Shown here piece after piece: positions 31,389-43,391 of a stretch of DNA of 64,000 nt. Under the pieces are notes generated by a model that saw only the letters and a list, made by a program, of their open reading frames with translations, was not told the origin of the DNA and made no database searches. Made by a program: the position numbers and the translations under genes. The DNA is from Trichoplax sp. H2. Taxonomy: Eukaryota. The stretch spans positions 62,001-126,000 of the forward strand of contig NOWV01000022.1 in the NCBI GenBank assembly GCA_003344405.1, in the 5' to 3' direction. Positions within the stretch are counted from its first letter, which is position 1, and the number at the start of each line of letters is the position of its first letter.

Positions 31389-31409
31389 ATATATATATAT
31401 ATATATATA
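31389..31409. repeat. (AT)n microsatellite
   Basis: About 10 AT units; an imperfect (AC)n follows at ~31577-31603. Confidence 0.9.
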
Positions 31410-33988
31410 GATATAGGAATTGTAAGATTCAAGTAATAATGTTACAACCACATCAACTAATATTTGAATGACTCACTTTGAGTACATTGTTGTACCACCT
31501 AATTTTGTTGTCGTTGTCTTTTAAACTATATTCTTTGTTCCCCTCGCGCAAAAATCGGTTTTGAACTAATATTATAACACACAGACACACACACACTTAC
31601 ACATGTCACGCACGCATATACTTATAGAAACGTATATAAATTTGTTATATATATATATATGCATCACACAGATACACATACATGAACAAATTCAAACATA
31701 AACGTTCAGTTAGTTGATGTATGGTGGTTTTATTTAATTTTTGCACACTTGATTAAAAAGATGAGCACCATTGTTTAATTGATTTTACGGATTATAGGCG
31801 TACGTGTATTGAAATAGAATTAGATTTAAGAAATGAATGGAAAGTAAACCTGATACAGCATGATGCAGTCTTAAGCATTGCAATATAGAATAATATTCGC
31901 CTAAATACTATTATACGCGTACGTACAATCAATAAAATAAAATATTTGTTTTAAGAAGATGATATGAGCATCAAGGTCTATTATAATATCTCGTCACAAA
32001 GCATAGTTACAGTACTGTAGATAACGTATTACTTAAATTGTACGTTTTAAAGCCTAAATCACTTAAATTTCTTATTAAATATTGGTAAATTTGAATTATA
32101 AGAGTACAAGAATCTTAAATTTTGTATGAATTTTACTTTTAAATTGGGTTATACCTAGCAAAATGAAATGATTCTTCTATAGCTAAATCTGTTACTACAA
32201 AATTAAAATTTTAATCGCCAATACACGTGTCGTTATGACGATATATATATATTAGGTAGAAAAATTTGACAATTGAAAGGTGAGGTGAATGATCTAATTG
32301 CATAAAAGGTACATTCACACGGTGAATTTTTTTCAGGACTACCACAACGACTCCAGTCAAATCCAGTATTTTTGTCTTCGCCAAGGACATGCGCTAAACG
32401 TGAAACAGTGTAGTAGACCTTTAATGCATGTGTATGTATGTGGTAAGTTTAGCGTAGTACTTGAAACAATGTTTAGCTTTTCTTACGAAGCCTAAATAGT
32501 AAAACTTTAGGAATTGTATTTCAACTTACTTATCGATAAAAATGTTCAGTCTACGATTTACGAAGACTTAAAAATCAATCTTTTATCCAATTAATCTAAA
32601 ACTCTTTGTCCTGACCTCACATGGTTAACTAATAATAATATACAAGTAGAATCCACCAGAAATATTGTAATATTATAATTTATTTCACATAAAGTCGATA
32701 TAGTACTATTAATTAAATATAAGTAATAATTGCTCAATCACATTATAATTCTAGTAGGTCTATTATAACATGTGCTAAAGTGTAGGTTCTTTCAGAGAAA
32801 TTATAAACTGGTTAAAAGTTATTCTAAGTTGATAGATTCCAGGTTTGTCACTTGACTAGTCATCGCACCTGTAAATTTGTGTTACATGTACCTAAATACG
32901 TACTTGGAAATGCTAACGAAATTTCGTAATTTTAACATAAATAAGATATAGCAATTTATGTAGTTAGTTTTTATTCAAATTTTAAAAGGCAAAGAGCCTT
33001 GTTCTATATCTAATACAATTTTAGTTACTTAATGATATCAGATCATTCGAGAACGTAACAAGTGATGAAATTACTTAGTACGGTCAGTGCAATCAAAATT
33101 TCACGATAACTATTCGATAAATCTGATTCGAGTTACCAGGACTACAAATAAAATAATCCATAACGGTGGAATGCTTCCATTTATCTCATTACATCATATT
33201 CTGCTGTAGATACGGTATACAGTACGATCAAATAATATTTTAAAAGTTAGCATAGAACGTCAAGCAATGAAATCAATGCTACAACGAATGAAAGTCTTAC
33301 TTGTATCTAAATGTATAATAATGTTCATAAGTATTAGTATAATTTAGTAAAAGCGGCCGAAAAGTCATAAAATGAAGGCTTTTAGCAATTTATGCAGGAA
33401 ACAAACCCAGCATTATAATAATTCGTGACTGTAAATTACGATCATTCTACAATTTAGGAAAGATGTTATATTAAATTATTATAACATTTGTTCTACATAC
33501 ATATATATATAAGGTCTACGGTAGATTTTATGCTATAAATAATTTTTCTTTTAAGGTATAGCTATCAGCCGAAACGTTACATTTATCATTAAACATTTCA
33601 GCTACAGATATACTACAAAACCAATCGCTAAAAACCGCATATTAAAGTTGTACAGTATCGTCAAAAGTAATACATAGTGTGACATTTAGAATACTTGACT
33701 ACCAGATTTAATGAGTAATACGTTATAAAATAAGAAAATGCCAAACTTGCTAGTAATTAAGATGAATATAATTCAAAATGCATCTCGTAGGTCATAATAT
33801 GAAATTTACGTAATGATCGTACAGAATTTGAATTTATCTCAAAATTTTTGAAAAAACTTTCTCTAGTAGTGTCATTTAGGAAAAACTAATAGAAAATATT
33901 AATTCAGTCATTGGACGTACAGTATTTTATAATAATCCATAAGCAAGTTCGCTACAGTATTAAAATCTCATAGTAGCACGGTATAAAT

Positions 33989-36900
33989 TCAAATATCTAC
34001 AATTACGTAACATTCATGCTTATTAATCGAATCAAAAATTTGCATGTTTGAGTAAGTAATGGCTTTAACTTCTGTTCCCTTAAATTAATAGGAATGCAGA
34101 TATGAACTAAATTTAGTAATATCGACAACAACTATATGGAAGAATCTCAAATGTAAAGTAATACCTGAGGGTGCCTCGATAAGTCGAATATTTCTCCAAC
34201 TCTAGAATGAATAAGAACAAATGTATTCGTTTATAATTTTATCCAATCGGTACATGTTACGTAAAATTTAGTAAATAGTAAGGTAATAATCTTTATTTGC
34301 ATTTTATTCCAACAATTTAATATCAAAATATATGGTAATTTAGAATAGAGGACAATAATAGTAGTAGCAGCAATGGCTAGCATAGTAATCCAAGCCTATC
34401 AACTACGATTGTGAATTTTGCTAACATTCATATCTATTGCGTCACGCAAATGACGTAATATACTACCGTAGATATATGTAAAAATACGAGAAGGCTGATA
34501 TAAAATCACATAGACTCAAATAAAAATGCGCAATATGTGCGCGTTACTACATATGACACCAAATAACAATCATATTCTAAAATTTACCCTTCAGCCGTAA
34601 TTCTAAAATTTTCTTTATCAAATTTCAATATCTTGACATTCTATAAATACAGCATTTTAATAGATAGATCGTTACTAAAGCCAATTCAAGAAAATCAAGT
34701 GAATTTACATTATCCATAAATTTCTAAAATTTACAGGAAATTCCGACGGCATTAACATATTAAGTAGCATTATGAAGTCATTATATATTGTCGTATTGTC
34801 TCATTAATCATTTAAAGATTATTAATAGAATTGCATCATTAATAAATTAAAAGTTTTTTATCTTGAAGACTATTGATATTCTTTCAATGAATATGAACTA
34901 GACAAAAAAGATATACTATAATGATCAGATGGAGTAGTTATATAGTGCATATCATTAGTGAAGTAAGATGCTAAACTATCAGTGCATATTCTGTGAAAGA
35001 TATTAAACTTCAAGCTCTTCATTAGAGTATTATCAGTTTATAGATTCGAAAATGCATGCTATTGGATACGAAACATAATAGTACACATAAAATTCGCACA
35101 CTACAACTTTTAAAGAATTATATCGTATAGCTGCTGTATTTGCTAATTTAGGAATAAAATTTTAGTTATTTGCATTGGAAAATAATAATGATCTACTTAT
35201 ACCTTTGCAATAAAGAATGGTTCAGCGCTGAATAGAAAGAGAAATTCGTCCAGGAAATGATAAAGAAGCGATTCTAAGTCGTGGCCTTTGGAATAAAATG
35301 GTATTACCAGCAAGATACTGAGAATTGGGTAGATACTGTTCCAGTAGATTTAATTTCAAAAAAACTTTATAATTTTACTGCAGAACTACAATAAACTGAC
35401 ATCAAAGATACCGGAGAGACAATACCTAATGAACATCGACTTACGATATTATGTAATATAATTAGTAGACTAAACCATTGGATAGTAATTCACTTACCTT
35501 CAGCTTCAATTTGTTGAGTCTTGATTGGTTCAACGCATCGAAGGTCAGTGATGTAAGCTAACATCCCTAAAGCTGCCTATAAAGACAAGTAAGCTAGCAA
35601 TTAGCTATAAACATATGAGCAAAATATTATTGCACTGCAGTTCCTTTTTAATCTAGCATTTAAAGTAGCGTGCACAAATCATGTTCTATTACAAAAAAAA
35701 AAATCTAATTTATTTGTAAGAAATACAGTAAATACTGGTTTGTTGCACCTACTTGTTCAAATGCTTCGGTTATATCGTCACCCCCTTAATGTAGTGTAGG
35801 ATAGAGTCAAGGAATAATAGATTTCGCTTAAAGAAAATACATTATCGATATCTAGTCATACTGTGCATTGCTTATTACATAACATCACAGGTGGAATTTA
35901 TGCTTACAAAGCGTAGCACGTACACATTGTTGATAATAGTAGCGTAGAATTTCTACGACCTAAACTGTCCATGATCTATAACTTTCAATATTGATATGCG
36001 ATACCATTAAATCTGTTGTTAGTATAGAGATATGAATTATCAATTCAACAAGATTGAACTGCTATGTTTATAATAATGAATACTCTGTTGCCTATGTACC
36101 AAAAACTGTTATAATTTATAATACTGAAACGCTACGGTATGCTAAGGTACATTAGTGATTATAATCAAAAACTATCTCCAGTAAATTGTTGGATTAGACA
36201 TGAAAAAATACGAGCACAAAGCAGAATCCGTATATAGATTGCAGTTATAGACAGAGTAATCAGTAATCAATGATATTGCATATGACAAATATAGCAATTG
36301 TTAGCTAGTAAAATGAATTAAAACTTTTACACCAACAGACATCTTTTGAGACTAAAATTTCCACACCTAATACCATCATTTTAAATTGTACTACTCGAAA
36401 TATCTTACAAAATCCAACAAAATTAGATTATGTGCGTTCTTTTAAATGTGAAAAATTGAAAACGCAACTCGTATTGCATCATGTTAATGTAGTAATTCTA
36501 GAAATGAATAAATTGATTTTTGCTAATCCATACATTAGTTCACCAGTACATTTCTATTCTACTTGGAATCGAATGAGAATAAAAACAACTAAACATCTTT
36601 AACACCAAGAATAAATGAAGATTATAAATGTAGCCACTGCATCGTAAGTCAATGATAACTTTAGATCAAAAGACTATTCAGATGTTACAATAATATCAAC
36701 TGGATCATTAGCATCCGATAAAGAAAGAACTCTTTTATCATTAATAGCGATTATGCCATCTATCTATTATTTAATTTTCGCTGCCATATAGTAGATTGCT
36801 GTTAGCATAAATCAATTATCTTCAATAGCGTAAGTGATAAAAGTAATTTCCTCATCAAGTAGAAAGTATTACTTTGTAGTTGCGATATCACTAGTATAGT

Positions 36901-39900
36901 GATTAATGTAAGATACTAATTTCAGTAATGCAACACTTATATCAGAAAGATAGTATGACAACATTGATAATGAAAAACATCGATTAAAATTGAATTATCA
37001 CTTGAATCATAGTTAAACAGTTGCACAACATCTTTTAACAAACATATTTCGGTTGATAACAAATGGTAAGGATACAGGAATGGATCCTATTAACATGAAT
37101 AAAAAAGCGTAAAAAGTGTTTAATAAAAATATCGTTAGTGAATTGGTTATACATATTTGTGTACACGTTAAAATGTTAATTTTACAGCAATGCATTACTA
37201 TGATATCAATCATTATAATATTTGTCAGTAGCTGGTTGTGGTCTTTTATAATTATTGATGATTTACTGTACAATGACCGGTTTCATTTTAAGCTCAAAAG
37301 CGGTATGAGTAAGAGTTTCTTGATAAATTTTCATCTTTTACCGTAATAATCATGACTACATTTATAAACTATTTCAATTGCAATACAAAGCCAACCTATC
37401 CTATCTATTATATCATGAATAGAATAGAGTAAATAGAAGCTATTGTTTTGACTGCTACATAGATAGTAACGTAAATAAATATAATGGCAGCATGGTGGTG
37501 TGAATACGTTAGAGGGCGGCCATCTTCAACTCATTACTCTTGCTGAAAGAAATAATGGATGATAAATGATACCATGATATTACCATCAGCGCTAAATGAG
37601 CATAATGTAGTATTATAAATTCAAAAGGAAGCTACTTAACATAATTGATCTTAGGTTTTTAAGGATAGCATGCCTGCCTTTAGCAATGTGCTCTATCATG
37701 CCGATCGATGTCGGCTTTGTCCATTGATCAAACAACATCTATTTTTAATATGCAATATGTTACAGTGTTTCGGGCAGGATAACAAAGAGCAAGGATACAT
37801 ATTTCTGTCAGTATGGTAACGTTTAATATTTTTAATTCCTTCGCGTACAGTAGTTTGTTATCGCCAAATAAAACCAGAAATAATGTCGATGATAAGATGT
37901 AGTACTATATATAGTATGTGCATATCTAAAAGATTACAATAACACTGTAAGAAAACAGCATTAAACTCATGGATTAGTAGAGTTGTAAAATTCATCAACT
38001 TTATCACATTAGTCCTGATATCGTAGTTATAATTACTGTACCACCGTACAAATCCATATTGTAACATTCTATCAATATGGTTCTTAATTTTAAATGCAAA
38101 AAATATTTAAATTCATGCAATATGCAATACGCGTCAGTTGACAAGATACTCGAGCAGCTAGCTACCTTCTCTTCGCAACTTTGGATACAGTATACGCGTA
38201 AATTGAAAAAACATTGCAACTCTACGGTCGTACTGAACTTCTAGAACGTTGAACAGGATATAAAATTCTCATACTGTACAGCTCGAACGGCCAGGTGCTA
38301 TCATGTTATAATTAACACAATTTGTACTGTATACAGTATACGACTCTTGGTAGCATTTACTCGGTGTTAATCAAGATATTATACAGTACATTACAGTACA
38401 ATATAAAGAATAGTACCCCTATAACATACGAGTATATCCTGTATAATTATTTTTGGATATTACGAAGGTATGTGATTCTTTGCAAATTTGTAAACGGCGT
38501 AAGAGATTACTTTTTTCACTCAATAAAATGTACTACCATCTACTAATTTCTGCGAGAATAATAAAGAGTAACTTTACGTCTTGTTGTAAGGGTGATAAAT
38601 CATTAAAATGGAACCCCAAATATTAGTACCAATGTTTAACTGTAAGGTGAGGTGATCTTTAAAGCGATTATACGTATACTCTATATACTGTACAGTAGGT
38701 GTATTTCCATTTAGGTTTTCCATTATTGCTTTACTGGTGTATTGCATCTGATACTATCATTTGTTAATCAAATAGCTGGCGTTTTACTGTAGTATCAATA
38801 ATATATTTATCGTGTTTAAAGCAATGAAAAATGTTTCAAAAGAAAAAAGAAGGATAGCAATTAGGTTCAAAGAAATACGAGAATTCTCACCATATCATGA
38901 ATTCAACTGGCACTATGATTATTTATCCTGACAGGCTATAAATTTGATCCATTTTACAAACAGATTATTAACTTATAGCAACAATAACTTACTGAATATC
39001 TGCAGGATGCTCCAAGTCTGCATTGGGGTAATAACAGCGATAAAAATGATATGACAGGAAAAAAAAAATTCAAAAAGTCATTTTTAGTACGCTTCAAACA
39101 TTAGAATAGCAATGTTACTACTACAGTATCGTATTTCTCCACAATTCCGTGCTAACAGTAAATGCACGGATCATAACGCGCTACTAGAACAATTTCATTT
39201 CTCCTTTTCATAAAGTTACCATGATAAACCATGAACGTTTTGGATAGCACTAATTAATGAATTTAATTCGTATGATTAAATTAATCATAATTCTACTTCA
39301 AGACAGTATGTAGTGAATACTGTACACTGAGTGTACAGTAATGATAACGACAAGTAATCTTTGGACTACTAAATACTTTTTATAAACGAGTTCTTAATTT
39401 AAGTTAGGATAGAAATCGTCCATACTATCTACGTAGTAGTTTCATTGCCAATTTCTCAAATGATACTCAATATGGTAGAATTCATCTAACGCTATAAAGA
39501 TTTAACTGCTATCTGTCCATCTTGTACAGTACTGACATCATTAGCATGGTATGCTAACAATGATTTCTAGTACAGTACAATTATGATAGAATGATGCAAA
39601 ATCCTTAACGGCCATTTGCGGAAGGTTTTCGACGATCATTTTCACCTGTATGCAGTACAGTAGAGACCCTGAAATCTTTTATGCTACTGTACAGTTTTGT
39701 ATCATTAATAAGTCGGTCATTTCAGTCATTTGCTTGCAGTCCGCCAATTTAACCAGGCACGAATTTACGGGATAATACCCATAGTGAACTATCCTTACTT
39801 TGTGTTCATCCTTTTCGTTACCGGTCGATTTACAGTAAATGCATGAAGGCTAGAGCTACTGTATTAGGACAGCTACTAAACACGATTACAATGTATTTTT

Positions 39901-40226
39901 GCAGTACTGAGCACCTCTTCTAAAACAACTAAGTACAGTATGCTGCATTCACTGTCTATGACAGTAGAAAATTTCACTGATCACTTATCACCTATCTAGT
40001 GAAATTTTTTCCACTGTTAATTCAGAAATTCACTGCAACGACTAGAGAAGGTTTCAAATGTTTTGACTACTATTACAGTCGTAATAAAACTAAACAGAAA
40101 GAAAGGATTCTAAATCAAACGATACCTGATCTACTGTAAGTGAACAGAGCACAAAATTACAACTGGAAATTGTTCAAACTTACATTCATATTTGACGGCA
40201 GTTTTAGCAGATGCTACCTCGTCCAT
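33989..40226 (-). CDS. ZBTB8OS: Protein archease (RtcB tRNA-ligase cofactor), 150 aa, 9 exons
   Basis: Exons 40226-40184, 39017-38993, 37086-37076, 35784-35753, 35576-35498, 35285-35203, 34640-34588, 34201-34165, 34078-33989 total 453 nt with all phases consistent. Translation: MDEVASAKTAVKYEYLEHPADIQIHSWGDDITEAFEQAALGMLAYITD...GHDLESLLYHFLDEFLF...HPQGTEVKAITYSNMQI...YVIVDI*. Not present in the ORF track. Confidence 0.95.
35785..37075 (-). other. U12-type (minor spliceosome) GT-AG intron in archease
   Basis: 5' splice site GTATCCTTAC (37075 downward). Branch site TTCCTTGAC (35814-35806) lies ~22 nt upstream of the AG, and there is no clear polypyrimidine tract. Confidence 0.88.
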
Positions 40227-40307
40227 GTCTTGAAGTCCGAGCTCACTTGTCTTCCTTCTCAGCCTGAGACGCTTCTTGCTTGACTGGAAGTACTGATCGG
40301 TCCTCAC

Positions 40308-40692
40308 CAGTACAGTACGTAGTAGGGTGACAGCTCAGTGCAGTCAAGTCGCGCGGATCACTATACAGATTGACGAAAGCAATCTTGATCGATCGCTACT
40401 GTACTGTACACTGTAACTACTGGTGTACAGTCTGTACGCTTTTTTTCTTGAATTTTTCTACTAACGAATGGATACTGTAGAAGAAACTTAACTGGTGTAC
40501 AGTACTGTACAGTATAGTCTGTACTCTTTTTTTCTTGAATTTTTCTACTAACAAATGGATAGAAGAAACTTAACTGGTGTACACTGTACAGTATAGTAAT
40601 TACTAATGTCAGTCTCTACAGTGTACAGTATGTACAGTACAGTACTACTGTACACTACTGTACTGTAGACTGTAGCACCTACGGTACTGTAT
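40308..40692. repeat. TACAG/TACTG mosaic plus ~80-bp tandem duplication upstream of archease
   Basis: TTTTTTCTTGAATTTTTCTACTAAC(G/A)AATGGATA...GAAGAAACTTAACTGGTGTACA occurs twice (~40441 and ~40528), embedded in TA-CAG/TA-CTG runs. Confidence 0.9.
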
Positions 40693-43391
40693 TACATCAT
40701 CGTATTCTGCCGCATGTGCGTACAGACGGTATAGAACTCGAAAGAGAACATCTTTTATCTGGTTGGTACAGTACAGTACAAGAAAATGTTTCAAACGCTA
40801 TCAAATCAAATACTTATCACGTAGATCTTGTAGTGAATTCTCATAGAAAATGGATGGCATGGACAAAAAGTATTTCTTAGTTTCAGAGAGATAGTACTAT
40901 TCAAGCCAAACATTTCTTCTTGTTGCGTACCTAATTGCTATTTACTGTAAATCTCATTATAGTAGACAGTACCGTAATTGGTATTCACAACGGCCGACGC
41001 CAGAGTTGGCTAGTTTTCACTGAAAATAGAAAATAATATAGCAAACGTATCGAACGGTAGTCCAATACACAACTTTCAGTTAAATCTCTGAGAAAATGGA
41101 TCACATTCACTGTAAATATCATTAGTTTGACAACTACTGTACCAGTTCATGAATGGAAGTGATTGATCTCCTATCTAAGTACTGTTTCGGGTATTAATTA
41201 ATATTATTAATATCGAGATCGACTAAAAGGATATGATAAATTGTAACTTAATTACTCTCACATGATCTACTTACTGTATCTATGAATTCTAGCCAAAGGA
41301 TCCACCCAGATCGAAGCATCTTTATTCTATACAAAATTTATGGGTATACACTACAGTATAGTCCCTTGCCCAAGTTTGGTTCGCATACCGTATCATATTT
41401 TACAAACATAACGGCATTTACTTCCAACATTCTCCCCTTAAAATGTCACATGCGCTTGATTATTTTAATCTAATTTAATTCATACTACTATACGAGTATA
41501 TTATTAAGGACTACTTCCTGACAAGTTTTACTAGTCTTACGTAAAGTACTTAATTTTGAGTTTGCTTTTACAGATTACTACCCTAATCTATCGTAAGATC
41601 TTGTAAGAATATTATACGGCTGCTATTTTATTGCATAGGGCACACAAACCGTAAAAAATACGCGTAAGTTCGTGCCACTTTCTGATTTGAGCAAAGGAAT
41701 AAGTAAATTATTAAATTCCTAGTTTAAAGATAGAAGATTGTACTATTATAGTAACAACTCTAAATATGCAATAGCTATCTACTGTGCGATCATACGACAT
41801 ATCGTCCTGTCGCTTCGCTGACAGAGATATCACGTTTCATGTCAGCCTAATAATGTAGAATTCAGCGGTACAATGCCAAGTTCAGCGAAACGGTAATTAA
41901 TAATGATGAAAATCCGCGCGGTCATTATTATCACTACGGAACTTTTTATTATTGCTGCTGAAATACAATATGCGAGAAGCATAAAATTATTTAATGAACT
42001 GTATATAATCGTATAATACTACAAATAGAATTTACATTTATGGCTGCATGCAGCAGGAATTAATTTCATTTTATTTCATTTATCAATCATTTGAAGATCG
42101 ATAGAATCTTCATCCACAGATTGGACCCTATTTGCTAGTGTGCATTGCACGCCGAACCATAATGTTCGTATAGCGTGTTTCCTCTACTCCCACTCGTCGA
42201 AGATAAATTTACTTCTTTTTTAGAATCTTTTAGTTAACTTTCACTTAGATTGACCTTATTTCTAGTTTCGTGAGCTATCTATTGGTTGGGAAACGTGCAT
42301 TTGTCCCGTCTTGGCATTTATACCGTGACATATAGAAAAGAATAACACAGAAACATACTGCACCTGAATAGTATGTGCGAGAAAACTAACTTGTCTTGTG
42401 AACTACCCACTTTTCTACTCTGTAAATTCTAAAATCTTATTGTAGCCATAGTTGAAGATTTTAAAATTGTTAGCAGCAAGGTTATATGCGATTTAGTAAT
42501 TCTTGTGCCCAAACATTGAGTAGTCCATGCTAAATGGATAGAGAATGAACGCTATTTATATAGTATTTTTATAACATGGTCTAGTGTATGGGTTAGTGAA
42601 CTTTCGTCATGCGATACAACTGTTCAATAACGTACATATATGTTTATTTTTTGCTAGTAATTTACAGTTAATGATCTATGGTTTAATCTATGGTATAATG
42701 GCATAGGCTGCAACAAGATGATCGAAAAATAAGTTAGCGCTGATCGTGAATAGAAAGCTAATAAATGTTTTAGTCAAAGTTCGAATAGTCTCGTATTAAA
42801 AATACTGGTATGTATGAGTACATCCATTCTATCAAATTTACGCTCTTAAAATTGCTATCGGAATACAGCAATAAGACAAATTTCTCCTCCCCAAAAATAG
42901 CAATTATTTAGCGAATAAGGCTAACTGTAAATATTAGAGTGCTCTAATTCAGGAAGAAAATATTGTAAATTGATTATTTTACTTGTGCAGTCATAATAAC
43001 GCGGTATACGCAAATAATTAACAAAATAGATAATAAAAAATTGACAAATGTGTATATATATATACAATGTATATGAATGAAACGCATAGAAAATTTCAAA
43101 TATTTCTATACAAAGACAATTTCATTCTTGTAAACGCCATCCATAAATTATGCGTGCTGCTATAATTGTTACAATTCGTGAGTGTGGTCGCGTAAGTATT
43201 ATACTGTAAAGTTACATTCTGCAGCCTCAACAGTTAAAAGTAAAACAGAGGCAAAAGTCAGAAATGCTGTATCATTCTTTCTATTATCCTTCTAATTTAT
43301 TTTGTTAAAAAACTTTCGGCCAATCTTTTATGGAATAACAACAATAAAATCGCGGTAGTATTACTTCAGTAATTAAAATTGACTGATGATA

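Noticed and set aside
37791..37806. Second U12-like donor (cag|AAATAT|GTATCCTTG) suggesting a 6-nt microexon in archease intron 2
   Set aside because: The next acceptor has no U12 branch site, and splicing to the U12 acceptor at 35785 would be out of frame. Probably chance or a decoy.
8502..40226. POP5 and archease as a tRNA-processing cluster
   Set aside because: They are 24 kb apart with an unrelated gene between and no shared promoter; compatible with chance.
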